Below, one piece after another: positions 31,812 through 44,143 of a stretch of 64,000 bases of DNA. The notes beneath the pieces were generated by a model. That model did not search any database, was not told the DNA's origin, and saw only the letters and a program-made list of their open reading frames with translations. Numbering within the stretch: the stretch's first letter is position 1; each line of letters starts with the position of its first letter. Origin of the DNA: Micrococcales bacterium. GTDB taxonomy: Bacteria > Actinomycetota > Actinomycetes > Actinomycetales > Microbacteriaceae. Location: NCBI GenBank assembly GCA_017306245.1, contig JAFKIY010000002.1:145412-209411 (forward strand), in the 5' to 3' direction. The translations under genes were made by a program, and so were the position numbers.

Positions 31812-32218
31812 GGGTTGCAGCAGGTCCCACAGTGTGGCAGACTCTTCTAGTTCAATACTTTGCCTTGCTGTGCCAGCGGGCGAATCACTGCCAGGCAGTG
31901 CATAGGGTCTGATCCTCACCGTTCGTCCCCTAGGCCGCGGGTAGCAGAACACGCGCGAGCCGGGCGAAAGCTCAGGCTGAGGCGCACACCGACAACCGAC
32001 TACTGAAACAACCGTGGTGACACGTGTGTTCCAAACGGGCGACACGCCCGAGCGCGGGGGTGGGTGAAGCACGGGACAAAAACGTTGTGCGAGCAGAGCA
32101 ATCCGCTGGCACGTGAAACAACAACAGTGGTGCGAAAGCAACAGTGCTTTCGGCAAGTGCTTCGGCAACGAGCGCATCCGAATGGATGCTCCATGTACTA
32201 CAGAGAGAGAGTCAGGCT

Positions 32219-32527
32219 ATGGCGGGACAAAAGATCCGCATCCGACTTAAGTCATATGACCACGAGGTCATTGACAGCTCGGCACGCAAGATCGTGGACA
32301 CGGTCACCCGCGCCGGCGCCACAGTGGTCGGCCCCGTGCCGCTCCCCACGGAAAAGAACGTGATCGCGGTGATCCGTTCCCCGCACAAGTACAAGGACAG
32401 CCGGGAGCACTTCGAGAAGCGCACCCACAAGCGGCTCATCGACATCATCGATCCGACCCCGAAGGCCGTCGACTCGCTCATGCGTCTCGACCTGCCCGCG
32501 GACGTCAACATCGAAATCAAGCTTTAA
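32219..32527 (+). CDS. rpsJ: 30S ribosomal protein S10
   Basis: ATG at 32219. [26 protein letters not shown]..., 102 aa. Confidence 0.97.
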   Translation: MAGQKIRIRLKSYDHEVIDSSARKIVDTVTRAGATVVGPVPLPTEKNVIAVIRSPHKYKDSREHFEKRTHKRLIDIIDPTPKAVDSLMRLDLPADVNIEIKL

Positions 32528-32550
32528 GCGGCGGCTGAGCTACAAGGACT

Positions 32551-33216
32551 ATGAAAACCATGGCAACTGAGACCACCAAGACCACGAAGGGGCTGCTGGG
32601 CACCAAGCTCGGCATGACCCAGGTGTGGGACTCGAACAACAAACTCATCCCGGTGACGGTGATCGAGATTTCCCCGAACGTCGTCACCCAGGTGCGCACC
32701 CCGGAGGTCGACGGCTACAGCGCGGTGCAGATCGCGTACGGCCAGATCGACCCGCGCAAGGCGAACAAGCCGGCCACCGGACACTTCGCCAAGGCGGGCG
32801 TCACGCCGCGCCGCCACCTCACCGAGGTTCGCACAGCGGATGCCGCCGAGTACGCGCCCGGGCAGGAGCTCGCCGTCGACATCTTCGAAGCGGGCAAGCG
32901 GGTCGACGTCGTCGGCACGAGCAAGGGCAAGGGCTTCGCCGGCGTCATGAAGCGCCACAACTTTCAGGGCGTCAGCGCCAGCCACGGCGCGCACCGCAAC
33001 CACCGCAAGCCGGGCTCGATCGGCGCATCGTCGACCCCGAGCCGCGTGTTCAAGGGAATGCGGATGGCCGGCCGGATGGGCGGAGACCGCGTTTCGGTTC
33101 TCGGACTCACCGTCCACGCCGTCGACGCCGAGAAGGGCCTCCTGCTCGTCAAAGGCGCCGTCCCCGGCGCTCGCGGCCGCATCGTCTTCGTTCGCACGTC
33201 AGTGAAGGAGGCCTAA
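32551..33216 (+). CDS. rplC: 50S ribosomal protein L3
   Basis: [15 protein letters not shown]... An alternative ATG lies at 32560 (MATETTK). Confidence 0.95.
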   Translation: MKTMATETTKTTKGLLGTKLGMTQVWDSNNKLIPVTVIEISPNVVTQVRTPEVDGYSAVQIAYGQIDPRKANKPATGHFAKAGVTPRRHLTEVRTADAAEYAPGQELAVDIFEAGKRVDVVGTSKGKGFAGVMKRHNFQGVSASHGAHRNHRKPGSIGASSTPSRVFKGMRMAGRMGGDRVSVLGLTVHAVDAEKGLLLVKGAVPGARGRIVFVRTSVKEA

Positions 33217-33220
33217 GGCC

Positions 33221-33913
33221 ATGGCTGAGACTACGACTCTCGACGTCATCGACACCACGGGCAAGAAGGTCAGCTCCGTGGAGCTTCCCGCCCAGGTGTT
33301 CGATGTGCAGACCAACGTCCCGCTCATCCACCAGGTGGTTGTCGCCCAGCGCGCAGCTGCCCGTCAGGGAACGCACGCGACCCTCGGCCGCGGCGAGGTG
33401 TCCGGTTCCGGCCGCAAGCCGCACAAGCAGAAGGGAACCGGTCGCGCTCGCCAGGGCTCGATCCGGATGCCCCAGCACCGCGGCGGCGGCGTCGTCCACG
33501 GACCGCAGCCCCGCGACTACTCGCAGCGCACACCCAAGAAAATGATTGCGGCAGCACTCCTCGGAGCGTTGTCCGACCGTGCCCGCGGCGGCCGCATCCA
33601 CGTCATCGACTCGCTGTCGGTCGGCGATGCACCGTCGACGAAGGCTGTCGCCGCTCTCATCGCGGACATCGCGACGGGCAAGAATGTGCTCGTCGTTCTG
33701 GAGCGCAGCGACGACGTGAGCTACAAGAGCGTTCGGAACCTTCCGAGCATCCACGTGCTCCCGGTCGACCAGCTGAACGCGTACGACGTTCTCGTGAGCG
33801 ACGACATCATCTTCACGAAGGGCGCGTTCAACGCCTTCGTGTCCGCGAAGACCGAGACTGCGAACACGACTGCCGCCGCGAGCAGCACGAGCACCAGGGA
33901 GGCCAGCGCATGA
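33221..33913 (+). CDS. rplD: 50S ribosomal protein L4
   Basis: 230 aa. [33 protein letters not shown] motif. Confidence 0.95.
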   Translation: MAETTTLDVIDTTGKKVSSVELPAQVFDVQTNVPLIHQVVVAQRAAARQGTHATLGRGEVSGSGRKPHKQKGTGRARQGSIRMPQHRGGGVVHGPQPRDYSQRTPKKMIAAALLGALSDRARGGRIHVIDSLSVGDAPSTKAVAALIADIATGKNVLVVLERSDDVSYKSVRNLPSIHVLPVDQLNAYDVLVSDDIIFTKGAFNAFVSAKTETANTTAAASSTSTREASA

Positions 33914-34209
33914 GCGCAACCTACAAGGATCCCCGCGACGTCATCCTGGCGCCGGTCGTATCCGAGAAGAGCTACGGGCTCATCGACCAGGGCAAGTACA
34001 CCTTCGAGGTGGACCCTCGCTCGAACAAAACCGAGATCAAGCTTGCCGTCGAGAAGATCTTCAACGTGAAGGTCGCGTCCGTCAACACCCTGAACAAGAA
34101 GGGCAAGACCCGCCGCACGCGGTTCGGGCTCGGCAAGCGCAAGGACACCAAGCGCGCCATCGTCACGCTCAAGTCCGGCTCCATCGACATCTTCACGGCT
34201 GTCGGCTAG
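33910..34209 (+). CDS. rplW: 50S ribosomal protein L23
   Basis: 99 aa. [16 protein letters not shown]... The start overlaps the rplD stop. Confidence 0.95.
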   Translation: MSATYKDPRDVILAPVVSEKSYGLIDQGKYTFEVDPRSNKTEIKLAVEKIFNVKVASVNTLNKKGKTRRTRFGLGKRKDTKRAIVTLKSGSIDIFTAVG

Positions 34210-34228
34210 GGCGCGTAAGGGAGAACAC

Positions 34229-35068
<840 letters not shown>

Positions 35069-35080
35069 GGAATAGAGAAG

Positions 35081-35362
35081 ATGCCACGCAGTCTCAAGAA
35101 GGGCCCCTTCGTCGACGATCACCTGCTCCGCAAGGTGGTCACGCAGAACACGGCCAAGAGCAAGAACGTGATCAAGACCTGGTCGCGCCGTTCCATGATC
35201 GTCCCGGCGATGCTCGGCCACACGATCGCGGTGCACGACGGCCGCAAGCACATCCCGGTTTTCGTCACGGAGACGATGGTCGGACACAAGCTCGGGGAAT
35301 TCGCCCCCACCCGCACCTTCCGCGGCCACGAGAAGGACGACAAGAAGGGCCGTCGCCGCTGA
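35081..35362 (+). CDS. rpsS: 30S ribosomal protein S19
   Basis: 93 aa. [16 protein letters not shown]... Confidence 0.97.
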   Translation: MPRSLKKGPFVDDHLLRKVVTQNTAKSKNVIKTWSRRSMIVPAMLGHTIAVHDGRKHIPVFVTETMVGHKLGEFAPTRTFRGHEKDDKKGRRR

Positions 35363-35388
35363 CGCGGTGACGTGAAGGAGGAGAAGAA

Positions 35389-35784
35389 ATGGTGGAGTCG
35401 ATCGCCCGCGTGCGACACATCCGCGTGACGCCTCAGAAGGCCCGTCGTGTCGTCAACATGATCCGCGGCAAGCAGGCCGCAGAGGCCCTGGCCATTCTGA
35501 AGTTCGCCCCGCAGGGCGCGAGCGAGCCGGTGTACAAGCTCGTGGCATCCGCCATGGCGAACGCCCGGGTCAAGGCCGACAACGAGAACAGCTACCTCGA
35601 CGAGCAGGACCTGTTCGTCGCGAAGGCGTTCGTCGACGACGGCGCGACGCTCAAGCGGTTCCAGCCGCGCGCGCAGGGTCGGGCATTCCAGATTCTGAAG
35701 CGCACGAGTCACATCACCATCGTGCTGTCGACGCCAACCGATGCCCACGTCGAGCAGGCCTCGAAGAAGGCAGGGAAGAAGTAA
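35389..35784 (+). CDS. rplV: 50S ribosomal protein L22
   Basis: 131 aa. [20 protein letters not shown]... Confidence 0.95.
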   Translation: MVESIARVRHIRVTPQKARRVVNMIRGKQAAEALAILKFAPQGASEPVYKLVASAMANARVKADNENSYLDEQDLFVAKAFVDDGATLKRFQPRAQGRAFQILKRTSHITIVLSTPTDAHVEQASKKAGKK

Positions 35785-36548
35785 TGGGACAGAAAGTAAA
35801 CCCGTACGGGTTCCGTCTCGGAATCACGACCGATCACGTGTCGCGGTGGTTCTCCGACTCGACAAAGTCCGGACAGCGCTACAGCGATTTCGTCGCTGAG
35901 GACGTGAAGATCCGCAACCTGCTCAAGTCGAACCTCGACCGCGCCGGCGTTGCCCGCATTGAGATCGAGCGCACGCGCGACCGCGTTCGCGTCGACATCC
36001 ACACGGCACGCCCCGGCATCGTGATCGGGCGGCGCGGCACGGAGGCCGAGCGCATCCGCGCCGACCTCGAGAAGCTCACAGACAAGCAGATCCAGTTGAA
36101 CATCCTCGAGGTGAAGAACCCGGAGGCTGAAGCGCAGCTGGTTGCGCAGGGCATCGCCGAGCAGCTGAGCGCGCGCGTCGCATTCCGTCGCGCCATGCGT
36201 AAGGGGCTTCAGGGCGCTCAGCGCGCGGGAGCGAAGGGTGTGCGCATCCAGGTCTCCGGTCGGCTGGGTGGCGCTGAGATGAGCCGCTCCGAGTTCTACC
36301 GCGAGGGCCGGGTCCCGCTGCACACGCTGCGCGCGAACATCGACTACGGCTTCTACGAGGCCCGCACGACGTTCGGCCGCATCGGCGTGAAGGTGTGGAT
36401 CTACAAGGGCGACATCACGAACCGCGAGCTCGCCCGCGAGCAGGCCGCCGCCAAGTCCCAGCGCCCAGAGCGCCGGGATGGCGCAGACCGGCCGCGCCGC
36501 GGACCCCGCACGGAGGCCGCTCCCGCGGCAGTAGGAGCAGAGGCCTGA
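35784..36548 (+). CDS. rpsC: 30S ribosomal protein S3
   Basis: 254 aa. [18 protein letters not shown]... TAATG overlap with rplV. Confidence 0.97.
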   Translation: MGQKVNPYGFRLGITTDHVSRWFSDSTKSGQRYSDFVAEDVKIRNLLKSNLDRAGVARIEIERTRDRVRVDIHTARPGIVIGRRGTEAERIRADLEKLTDKQIQLNILEVKNPEAEAQLVAQGIAEQLSARVAFRRAMRKGLQGAQRAGAKGVRIQVSGRLGGAEMSRSEFYREGRVPLHTLRANIDYGFYEARTTFGRIGVKVWIYKGDITNRELAREQAAAKSQRPERRDGADRPRRGPRTEAAPAAVGAEA

Positions 36549-36549
36549 C

Positions 36550-36969
36550 ATGCTGATTCCACGTAAAGTCAAGCACCGCAAGCAGCACCACCCTGGGCGC
36601 ACCGGCCAGGCGACCGGCGGCACGAAGGTGTCGTTCGGCGACTACGGCATCCAGGCGATCACGCCTGCGTATGTCACGAACCGCCAGATCGAGGCCGCCC
36701 GTATCGCCATGACGCGTCACATCAAGCGTGGCGGAAAGGTCTGGATCAACGTGTTCCCGGACCGCCCGCTCACGAAGAAGCCGGCCGAAACCCGCATGGG
36801 TTCTGGTAAGGGTTCACCGGAGTGGTGGGTCGCGAACGTCAAGCCGGGCCGCGTGCTGTTCGAGCTGAGCGGGGTCAACGAGACCGTCGCTCGCGAGGCA
36901 CTCACCAGGGCCATCCACAAGCTGCCCCTCAAGGCACGCATCATCAAGCGCGAGGAGGGCGACGCATAA
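36550..36969 (+). CDS. rplP: 50S ribosomal protein L16
   Basis: 139 aa. [19 protein letters not shown]... Confidence 0.97.
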   Translation: MLIPRKVKHRKQHHPGRTGQATGGTKVSFGDYGIQAITPAYVTNRQIEAARIAMTRHIKRGGKVWINVFPDRPLTKKPAETRMGSGKGSPEWWVANVKPGRVLFELSGVNETVAREALTRAIHKLPLKARIIKREEGDA

Positions 36970-37322
36970 TGGCGATCGGTTCCAAGGAGCTCCACCCGGA
37001 CGAGCTCGACACTTTTGAAGACGAGAGACTTGTCGACGAACTGAAGAAGGCGAAGGAAGAACTTTTCAACCTCCGCTTCCAGTCCGCGACCGGCCAGCTC
37101 GAAAGCCACGGTCGGCTTCGCGCCGTGAAGCGCGACATCGCGCGGATTTACACGATCATTCGCGAACGCGAGCTCGGCATCCGGGCGACTCCGGTTGGAG
37201 TCGAACTTCCCGCGAAGCCCGAGCCGAAGGCGAAGAAGAAGGCCGCGAAGAAGGATGAGGCTCCCGCCGCATCCGACGACGTCGACTCGACTGAAGAACT
37301 CAAGACGGAGGAGGCCAAGTAA
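36969..37322 (+). CDS. rpmC: 50S ribosomal protein L29 with Lys/Ala/Pro-rich C-terminal tail
   Basis: ATG at 36969 (TAATG overlap). [37 protein letters not shown], followed by a tail of about 50 aa ([21 protein letters not shown]...). Confidence 0.9.
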   Translation: MAIGSKELHPDELDTFEDERLVDELKKAKEELFNLRFQSATGQLESHGRLRAVKRDIARIYTIIRERELGIRATPVGVELPAKPEPKAKKKAAKKDEAPAASDDVDSTEELKTEEAK

Positions 37323-37615
37323 TGGCGAAGACCGAAGACAAGGTCGCTGCCGAGGCAACCCTCGACCGCGGCTACCGGAAGATCCGACGCGGCTACGTGT
37401 CGAGCGACAAGATGGACAAGACGATCGTCGTCGAGGTGGAAGACCGCGTCAAGCACCCCCTGTACGGCAAGATCATCCGCCGCACATCCAAGGTGAAGGT
37501 GCACGACGAGTCGAACTCGGCGGGCATCGGCGACCTCGTCGTCATCAGCGAAACCCGTCCGCTGAGCGCTACGAAGCGCTGGCGTCTGGTCGAAATCGTC
37601 GAGAAGGCCAAGTAG
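37322..37615 (+). CDS. rpsQ: 30S ribosomal protein S17
   Basis: 97 aa. [32 protein letters not shown]. Confidence 0.95.
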   Translation: MAKTEDKVAAEATLDRGYRKIRRGYVSSDKMDKTIVVEVEDRVKHPLYGKIIRRTSKVKVHDESNSAGIGDLVVISETRPLSATKRWRLVEIVEKAK

Positions 37616-37647
37616 GCTCCCCGCCTACCCGTGAAGAGGAATAGACA

Positions 37648-38016
37648 ATGCTTCAGCAGGAATCCAGAGTGAAGGTCGCCGATAACACCGGCGCCAAGGA
37701 GTTGCTCACGATTCGCGTTCTCGGCGGCTCCGGGCGGCGCTACGCCGGCCTCGGCGACGTGATCGTTGCCACCGTCAAGGATGCGATCCCGGGCGGCAAC
37801 GTGAAGAAGGGCGAGGTCGTCAAGGCCGTCATCGTCCGCACGAAGAAGGAGACCCGTCGATCGGACGGCTCCTACATCAAGTTTGACGAGAATGCCGCCG
37901 TGCTTCTGAAGTCCGATGGTGACCCTCGTGGCACCCGCATCTTCGGGCCGGTCGGCCGTGAGCTTCGCGACAAGAAGTTCATGAAGATCATCTCGCTGGC
38001 ACCGGAGGTCATTTAA
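37648..38016 (+). CDS. rplN: 50S ribosomal protein L14
   Basis: 122 aa. [28 protein letters not shown]. Confidence 0.97.
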   Translation: MLQQESRVKVADNTGAKELLTIRVLGGSGRRYAGLGDVIVATVKDAIPGGNVKKGEVVKAVIVRTKKETRRSDGSYIKFDENAAVLLKSDGDPRGTRIFGPVGRELRDKKFMKIISLAPEVI

Positions 38017-38017
38017 C

Positions 38018-38368
38018 ATGGCGAAGATCAAGAAGGGCGACCTCGTCCAGGTCATCTCGGGGCCGACCCAGGCCCGCGGCGGCGATCGCGGAAAGCAGGG
38101 GCGCGTCAAAGAGGTCCTCGTCGACAAGAACCGCGTGATCGTCGAGGGAATCAATTTCGTCACGAAGCACACTCGAGTTGGACAGACTCAGCGCGGCACG
38201 AAGACGGGTGGCATGGAGACTTTCGAGTCACCGATCCACATTTCGAATGTCGCGCTCGTGGACCCCAAGACCAAGAAGCCGACCCGCGTCGGATTCCGCG
38301 TGGAGAAGAACGCCGAGGGCAAGAACGTCCGCGTGCGTTTCTCCAAGAGCTCAGGTGAGGACCTGTAA
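38018..38368 (+). CDS. rplX: 50S ribosomal protein L24
   Basis: 116 aa. [16 protein letters not shown]... (KOW motif). Confidence 0.95.
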   Translation: MAKIKKGDLVQVISGPTQARGGDRGKQGRVKEVLVDKNRVIVEGINFVTKHTRVGQTQRGTKTGGMETFESPIHISNVALVDPKTKKPTRVGFRVEKNAEGKNVRVRFSKSSGEDL

Positions 38369-38967
38369 TGACTGACACAGCTACTGCTGCGAAGGCTGTC
38401 AAGATCCAGCCGCGCCTCAAGCAGAAGTACCAGACCGAGATCTCGGCCCAACTGAAGAAGGACTTCGGGTTCACGAACGTGCACCAGGTTCCCGGGTTGG
38501 TCAAGATCGTGGTGAACACCGGCGTCGGCGAGGCGGCCCGCGACGGCAAGATCATCGATGGCGCCGTGAAGGACCTCGCAGCGATCACCGGCCAGAAACC
38601 GCAGGTGACGGCCGCACGCAAGTCGATTGCGCAGTTCAAGCTGCGCGAGGGCCAGCCCATCGGCGCGCACGTGACGCTTCGCGGCGATCGCGCCTGGGAG
38701 TTCCTCGACCGCCTGCTCACGCTCGCGCTTCCCCGCATCCGCGACTTCCGGGGCCTGTCGGACCGCCAGTTCGACGGCCACGGCAATTACACGTTCGGTC
38801 TCAACGAGCAGGCGATGTTCCACGAGATCGACCAGGACAAGATCGACCGCGTCCGCGGATTCGACATCACCGTCGTGACGACGGCGAAGAACGACGACGA
38901 GGGTCGCGCGCTTCTCAAGGCGCTCGGCTTCCCGTTCAAGACACAAGAAACCACCGTCCAGCAGTAA
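38368..38967 (+). CDS. rplE: 50S ribosomal protein L5
   Basis: 199 aa. [11 protein letters not shown]..., [15 protein letters not shown]. Confidence 0.95.
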   Translation: MTDTATAAKAVKIQPRLKQKYQTEISAQLKKDFGFTNVHQVPGLVKIVVNTGVGEAARDGKIIDGAVKDLAAITGQKPQVTAARKSIAQFKLREGQPIGAHVTLRGDRAWEFLDRLLTLALPRIRDFRGLSDRQFDGHGNYTFGLNEQAMFHEIDQDKIDRVRGFDITVVTTAKNDDEGRALLKALGFPFKTQETTVQQ

Positions 38968-39034
38968 CCGATCGGCCAGGTCGGCATTCGCGTAACGGAT
39001 GCCCGAAACCAGCACGAGAATCAGGAACAACACC

Positions 39035-39433
39035 ATGACAATGACAGATCCGGTCGCAGACTTGCTGACCAGACTGCGCAACGCGAACTCGGCGAACCAC
39101 GAAACCGTGTCCATGCCGAGCAGCAAGCTCAAGACCCACATCTCGGAAATCCTCAAGAACGAGGGCTACATCACGGGGTGGAAGGTCGAGCCTGCGCGCG
39201 TCGGCTCCACCCTTACGATCGACCTCAAGTACGGGCCGAACCGCGAGCGGTCGATTGCGGGCCTCAAGCGCGTGTCGAAGCCCGGTCTTCGCGTGTACGC
39301 GCGTTCGACGGAGATTCCGCGCGTTCTCGGCGGCCTCGGTGTTGCCATCATTTCCACTTCGTCGGGGTTGCTGACCGACCGCGAGGCGACTGAGAAGGGC
39401 GTGGGTGGGGAAGTCCTCGCCTACGTGTGGTGA
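39035..39433 (+). CDS. rpsH: 30S ribosomal protein S8
   Basis: ATG at 39035. [20 protein letters not shown]..., 132 aa. Confidence 0.95.
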   Translation: MTMTDPVADLLTRLRNANSANHETVSMPSSKLKTHISEILKNEGYITGWKVEPARVGSTLTIDLKYGPNRERSIAGLKRVSKPGLRVYARSTEIPRVLGGLGVAIISTSSGLLTDREATEKGVGGEVLAYVW

Positions 39434-39439
39434 TCCGAA

Positions 39440-39976
39440 ATGTCGCGTATTGGAAAGCTTCCGATTGATGTCCCCGCGGGCGTCAACGTCACCGTTGAGG
39501 GCTCTGCCGTCACGGTCAAGGGTCCGAAGGGCGAGCTGAACCTCACCGTCGCGAGCCCCATCGAGGTCAAGCTCGAGGATGGGCAGGTGCTCGTTTCGCG
39601 CCCGGATGACGAGCGTGAATCGCGTTCGCTTCACGGGCTCACGCGAACCCTCATCCACAATCAGATCATCGGCGTGACCGAGGGATACTCGAAGGGTCTG
39701 GAAATCGTCGGCACCGGTTACCGGGTGGCGCAGAAGGGCAGCGGGCTCGAGTTCGCACTCGGTTTCTCCCACTCCATCACGGTCGACCCCCCGGCGGGAA
39801 TCACGTTCACCGTCGAAGGGAACAACAAGGTCGGCGTGCACGGGATCGACAAGCAGCAGGTCGGCGAAGTCGCGGCCAACATCCGCAAGTTGCGCAAGCC
39901 GGAACCCTACAAGGGCAAGGGCGTGCGCTATGCGGGCGAGGTTGTTCGCCGCAAGGCCGGAAAGGCTGGTAAGTAA
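39440..39976 (+). CDS. rplF: 50S ribosomal protein L6
   Basis: 178 aa. [33 protein letters not shown]. Confidence 0.97.
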   Translation: MSRIGKLPIDVPAGVNVTVEGSAVTVKGPKGELNLTVASPIEVKLEDGQVLVSRPDDERESRSLHGLTRTLIHNQIIGVTEGYSKGLEIVGTGYRVAQKGSGLEFALGFSHSITVDPPAGITFTVEGNNKVGVHGIDKQQVGEVAANIRKLRKPEPYKGKGVRYAGEVVRRKAGKAGK

Positions 39977-39979
39977 ACC

Positions 39980-40351
39980 ATGGGTACAGGTACACGAGGA
40001 AAGAGCAAGTCGGCAGCGAAGGATCGCCGCCACGCTCGCCTTCGCAAGAAGGTTGTGGGGACCGAGGCGCGTCCGCGTCTTGTCGTCACACGTTCGGCCC
40101 GCCACGTTTTCGTTCAGGTGGTCGATGACAGCAGGGGCTTCACGCTCGCGTCGGCATCGACGATGGAATCGGATCTTCGGGGTCTCTCCGGAGACAAGAC
40201 CGCCAAGGCGCGCAAGGTGGGCGAACTCGTCGCCGAGCGCGCGAAGAAGGCGGGAATCGACGCGGTCGTCTTCGACCGGGGAGGCAGCCGCTATGCGGGA
40301 CGCGTCGCGGCAATCGCCGAGGGAGCTCGAGAGGGCGGTTTGAACCTGTGA
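39980..40351 (+). CDS. rplR: 50S ribosomal protein L18
   Basis: 123 aa. [34 protein letters not shown]. Confidence 0.95.
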   Translation: MGTGTRGKSKSAAKDRRHARLRKKVVGTEARPRLVVTRSARHVFVQVVDDSRGFTLASASTMESDLRGLSGDKTAKARKVGELVAERAKKAGIDAVVFDRGGSRYAGRVAAIAEGAREGGLNL

Positions 40352-41082
40352 GCGACGAGACCACAAATGACAAGGAGCAGCAAGTGACTGCAGAAGCGAC
40401 CGAGGTCGACACGACCGCACAGGCCGCAACCGCTGCGACTGCCGAAACGCAGGAGAAGGACATCGCCAGCGAGCCTCGCGAGGCTCGCCGTGGTGGCCGC
40501 GAGCGCAACCCGAACCAGCAGCGCGGCAGCCGGGACTCGGACAAGAGCCAGTTCCTGGAACGCGTCGTGACGATCAACCGCGTTTCGAAAGTGGTCAAGG
40601 GCGGTCGGCGCTTCAGCTTCACCGCCCTGGTCGTTGTCGGTGACGGGAATGGCATGGTCGGCGTCGGCTACGGCAAGGCGCGCGAGGTTCCCACCGCAAT
40701 TTCGAAGGGCGTCGAGGAGGCGAAGAAGAACTTCTTCCGCGTCCCGCGCGTCGGCAACAGCATCCCGCACCCCGTGCAGGGCGAGGCGGCAGCAGGAGTT
40801 GTCCTTCTTCGCCCGGCCGCTGCAGGTACCGGTGTTATCGCCGGTGGGCCGGTGCGTGCCGTGCTCGAGTGCGCGGGCATCCATGATGTTCTGAGCAAGT
40901 CCCTCGGTTCATCGAATACGATCAACATCGTCCACGCGACCGTCGCAGCGCTGCAGATGCTCGAAGAGCCCAGTGCCGTTGCCGGCCGACGTGGTTTGTC
41001 GGTGGAGCATGTTGTTCCCGCCCAGATCCTGCGGATCCAGGCGGCCACGGCGAAAGCCAGCGCAGAGAAGGCAGGTGCCTGA
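40348..41082 (+). CDS. rpsE: 30S ribosomal protein S5 with acidic/Thr-Ala-rich N-terminal extension
   Basis: 244 aa. The canonical part starts near [22 protein letters not shown]. About 68 aa of extension precede it. Confidence 0.93.
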   Translation: MSDETTNDKEQQVTAEATEVDTTAQAATAATAETQEKDIASEPREARRGGRERNPNQQRGSRDSDKSQFLERVVTINRVSKVVKGGRRFSFTALVVVGDGNGMVGVGYGKAREVPTAISKGVEEAKKNFFRVPRVGNSIPHPVQGEAAAGVVLLRPAAAGTGVIAGGPVRAVLECAGIHDVLSKSLGSSNTINIVHATVAALQMLEEPSAVAGRRGLSVEHVVPAQILRIQAATAKASAEKAGA

Positions 41083-41264
41083 TGGCTCGTCTCAAGGTGA
41101 CCCAGACCAAATCGAAGATCAGTGAGAAACAGAACCAGCGCGACACGTTGCGGAGCCTCGGGCTCAAGCGCATCGGCGATGTCGTGGTGCGCGAGGACAA
41201 CTCGCAGAACCGCGGATACGTCCGTACCGTGGCGCACCTGGTCAAAGTCGAGGAGATTGACTAA
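41082..41264 (+). CDS. rpmD: 50S ribosomal protein L30
   Basis: 60 aa. [32 protein letters not shown]. Confidence 0.95.
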   Translation: MARLKVTQTKSKISEKQNQRDTLRSLGLKRIGDVVVREDNSQNRGYVRTVAHLVKVEEID

Positions 41265-42055
41265 TGGCTGACGAAACCCCAAAGAAGGCGCCAGCGAAGA
41301 AGCCAGCAGCGAAGGCCGCTGCGAAGCCGGCCGCGAAGGCCGCGCCGAAGACCGCAGCAGCGAAGGCTGCGCCGAAGACGGGCGCAAAGGCGCCGGCAAA
41401 GTCTGCTGCCCCCAAGGCGGCCGCAGCGAAGGCCGCGCCCAAGACCACGACGGCGAAAGCCACTGCCCCCAAGGCTGCCGCATCGAAAGCCGCCGCTCCC
41501 AAGGCAGCCCCGAAGGCCAGTGCAGAGAAGACTTCAACCTCGAAGTCCGCATCGGCAACCACCGCGTCGAAGGCTGCACCAGCGAAGAAGACCGCATCGA
41601 AGGATGTCGTCTCGCGTCCGCAGGTGCTCAAGATGCACCACTTGCGTCCAGCGCCGGGAGCGAAAACCCCGAAAACTCGAGTGGGCCGCGGTGAGGCATC
41701 CAAGGGCAAGACTGCCGGGCGTGGAACCAAGGGCACCAAGGCCCGCTACCAGGTCCGCGTGGGGCTTGAGGGCGGAAACCTCAACAGCGTCATGCGCACC
41801 CCGAAGCTGCGCGGGTTCAAGAACCCGTTCCGCGTCGAATACCAGGTCGTGAACCTCGAGCGTCTTGCCGAGTTGTACCCGAAGGGCGGCGACGTCACCG
41901 TGAGCGACCTCGTCGCAAAGGGCGCCGTGCGCAAGAACGAGAAAGTCAAGGTTCTCGGCGCCGGCGAGATTGACGTTAAGCTGAATGTTGCGGTCGACAA
42001 GATCTCTGGCTCAGCTGAGCAAAAGATCCTGGCCGCGGGCGGCTCAGTAAAGTAA
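41264..42055 (+). CDS. rplO: 50S ribosomal protein L15 with 123-aa Ala/Lys/Pro-rich N-terminal extension
   Basis: 263-aa ORF. ATG at 41264 (TAATG overlap with rpmD, GAGGAG upstream). The canonical L15 part starts at [36 protein letters not shown] (codon 122 onward). Confidence 0.85.
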   Translation: MADETPKKAPAKKPAAKAAAKPAAKAAPKTAAAKAAPKTGAKAPAKSAAPKAAAAKAAPKTTTAKATAPKAAASKAAAPKAAPKASAEKTSTSKSASATTASKAAPAKKTASKDVVSRPQVLKMHHLRPAPGAKTPKTRVGRGEASKGKTAGRGTKGTKARYQVRVGLEGGNLNSVMRTPKLRGFKNPFRVEYQVVNLERLAELYPKGGDVTVSDLVAKGAVRKNEKVKVLGAGEIDVKLNVAVDKISGSAEQKILAAGGSVK

Positions 42056-42164
42056 GCAAGTCGGATGGCCAACCATCCGATGATGCCCATGGTTGAGTTG
42101 TAGTCGCCACGGTTTCCCGCGAGGGGCACCGGCACTGCATTACCCGTAAATTCAGGAGGCCTAA

Positions 42165-43490
42165 GTGTTCGGCGCAATCTTGCGGATCTTCCGCACGCCC
42201 GATCTTCGCAGGAAGATCGGCTTCACGCTGGGCATCATCGCGCTGTTCCGGCTCGGGTCGTTCATCCCGACACCGTTCATCGACTACACGAACGTGCAGA
42301 TTTGCCTCGGCAACAACGCGGGCACGACCGGGCTGTACGACCTCGTCAACCTGTTCAGCGGCGGAGCGCTCCTGCAGTTGTCGATCTTCGCGCTCGGCAT
42401 CATGCCGTACATCACCGCGTCGATCATCGTCCAGCTGCTCCGCGTCGTCATTCCGCACTTCGACACGCTGTACAAGGAGGGCCAGGCGGGACAGGCCAAG
42501 CTCACCCAGTACACGAGGTACCTGACGATCGGTCTGGCCATCCTGCAGTCGACGACGCTCGTCACGGTCGCGAGAAGCGGAGCGCTGTTCCCGAGCTCCA
42601 CCGGAACTCCGGAGTGCAGCCAGCTGCTCAGCAACGACTCCTGGTACGCGATCCTCCTCATGGTCATCACGATGACGGCTGGTACCGGCCTCATCATGTG
42701 GATGGGCGAGCTCATCACCGAGCGCGGCATCGGCAACGGCATGTCGCTGCTGATCTTCATCTCGATCGCCGCGCAATTCCCCACGGCGCTCTGGGGCATT
42801 CAGGTCGCGAAGGGTCTGGACGCGTTCCTCCTCGTGCTCGTCATCGGGCTCGTGATCATGACCCTCGTCGTGTTCGTCGAACAGTCGCAGCGGCGAATAC
42901 CCGTGCAATACGCGAAACGAATGGTGGGCCGCCGAACCTACGGCGGAAACAACACCTACATCCCCATCAAGGTCAACATGGCCGGCGTGATCCCCGTGAT
43001 CTTCGCGTCGAGCCTGCTGTATCTGCCGGCGCTCGTTGCACAGTTCAATCAGCCGCAACCGGGCGAGGCGCCAGCGGCCTGGGTATCGTGGATCACCGAC
43101 AACCTGAGGTCGGGCGACAGCGCGCTGTACATGCTCGTCTACTTCCTGCTCAACATCGGGTTCACCTACTTCTACGTCGCGATCACCTTCAACCCCGAAG
43201 AGGTCGCCGACAACATGAAGAAGTACGGCGGCTTCATCCCCGGCATCCGCGCGGGGCGGCCGACGGCGGAATATCTCGACTACGTGCTCACGCGGATCAC
43301 CCTCCCCGGCTCTCTCTACCTGGGCATCGTCGCGCTCATTCCGCTCTTCGCCCTCAGTTGGTTCGGCGCGAACCAGAACTTCCCGTTCGGCGGGGCCAGC
43401 ATCCTGATCATCGTGGGCGTCGGACTCGAGACGGTCAAACAGATCGATGCCCAGTTGCAACAGCGCCACTATGAGGGCCTGTTGCGATGA
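42165..43490 (+). CDS. secY: Preprotein translocase subunit SecY
   Basis: 441 aa, 10 TM helices. [18 protein letters not shown] motif. Confidence 0.97.
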   Translation: MFGAILRIFRTPDLRRKIGFTLGIIALFRLGSFIPTPFIDYTNVQICLGNNAGTTGLYDLVNLFSGGALLQLSIFALGIMPYITASIIVQLLRVVIPHFDTLYKEGQAGQAKLTQYTRYLTIGLAILQSTTLVTVARSGALFPSSTGTPECSQLLSNDSWYAILLMVITMTAGTGLIMWMGELITERGIGNGMSLLIFISIAAQFPTALWGIQVAKGLDAFLLVLVIGLVIMTLVVFVEQSQRRIPVQYAKRMVGRRTYGGNNTYIPIKVNMAGVIPVIFASSLLYLPALVAQFNQPQPGEAPAAWVSWITDNLRSGDSALYMLVYFLLNIGFTYFYVAITFNPEEVADNMKKYGGFIPGIRAGRPTAEYLDYVLTRITLPGSLYLGIVALIPLFALSWFGANQNFPFGGASILIIVGVGLETVKQIDAQLQQRHYEGLLR

Positions 43491-44143
43491 TGTCGGCCGA
43501 AACACCAACAGAAGAGACCGGCCACGGCGGCGCAGCTCGGTTCCTCATCATCGGGCCGCCCGGGGCGGGCAAGGGAACCCAGGCCGCGAGGCTGTCGACG
43601 CTGTTCGGCATCCCCGCCATCGCCACGGGCGACATTTTCCGCTACAACATCAAGAACGAAACGCCTCTCGGTCTCGAAGTGAAGAGCATCGTGGATGCCG
43701 GCGACTACGTTCCCGATTCGCTCACGAACGAGCTCGTCCGCTCCCGCCTGGAGGAACCCGACGCGGCGAACGGGTTCCTGCTGGACGGCTACCCGCGAAC
43801 GCCAGCGCAGGTCGAATTCCTCGACCGGATCCTCGGCGAGAAGAACCAGGCGCTCGACGCGGTGATCCGCCTCGTCGCCGACGTTGAAGTCGTCGTTGCG
43901 CGGCTGCGCAAACGGGCGCTCGAACAGGGCCGCGTCGATGACTCGGAGGAGGCGATTCGGCACCGTCAGGACGTGTTCCTCCGCGAAACCGCACCCCTCA
44001 TCGAAACCTACGGCGAGCGCGGACAATTGGTGACGGTCGACGGCATCGGCGACGTCGAGGTGGTGGGCGAGCGCATTCTCGCGGGCCTGGTCGAAAAGGG
44101 AATCGCGATTCCCCGCGCCGAGCCGGACGCAGCCGCACACTGA
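43487..44143 (+). CDS. adk: Adenylate kinase
   Basis: 218 aa. P-loop [13 protein letters not shown] and [10 protein letters not shown]. An N-terminal extension of about 15 aa is possible. Confidence 0.95.
   Translation: MMSAETPTEETGHGGAARFLIIGPPGAGKGTQAARLSTLFGIPAIATGDIFRYNIKNETPLGLEVKSIVDAGDYVPDSLTNELVRSRLEEPDAANGFLLDGYPRTPAQVEFLDRILGEKNQALDAVIRLVADVEVVVARLRKRALEQGRVDDSEEAIRHRQDVFLRETAPLIETYGERGQLVTVDGIGDVEVVGERILAGLVEKGIAIPRAEPDAAAH

Noticed and set aside
30984-32177. 397-aa minus-strand ORF covering the AbiEi-like gene, the REP copies and the S10 leader
   Set aside because: Arg/Pro/Ser-rich translation with no motifs. Part of it merely reads through the palindromic repeats, which give repeated peptide strings in all frames.
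41633-42055. Short L15 starting at the internal ATG (MHHLRP...), with the upstream AKP-repeat region non-coding
   Set aside because: This is not adopted as the primary call. The upstream frame is open for 123 codons with consistent codon periodicity, starts with a coupled TAATG and a strong SD, and no RBS precedes 41633. It remains the main alternative and is listed as the refutation test.
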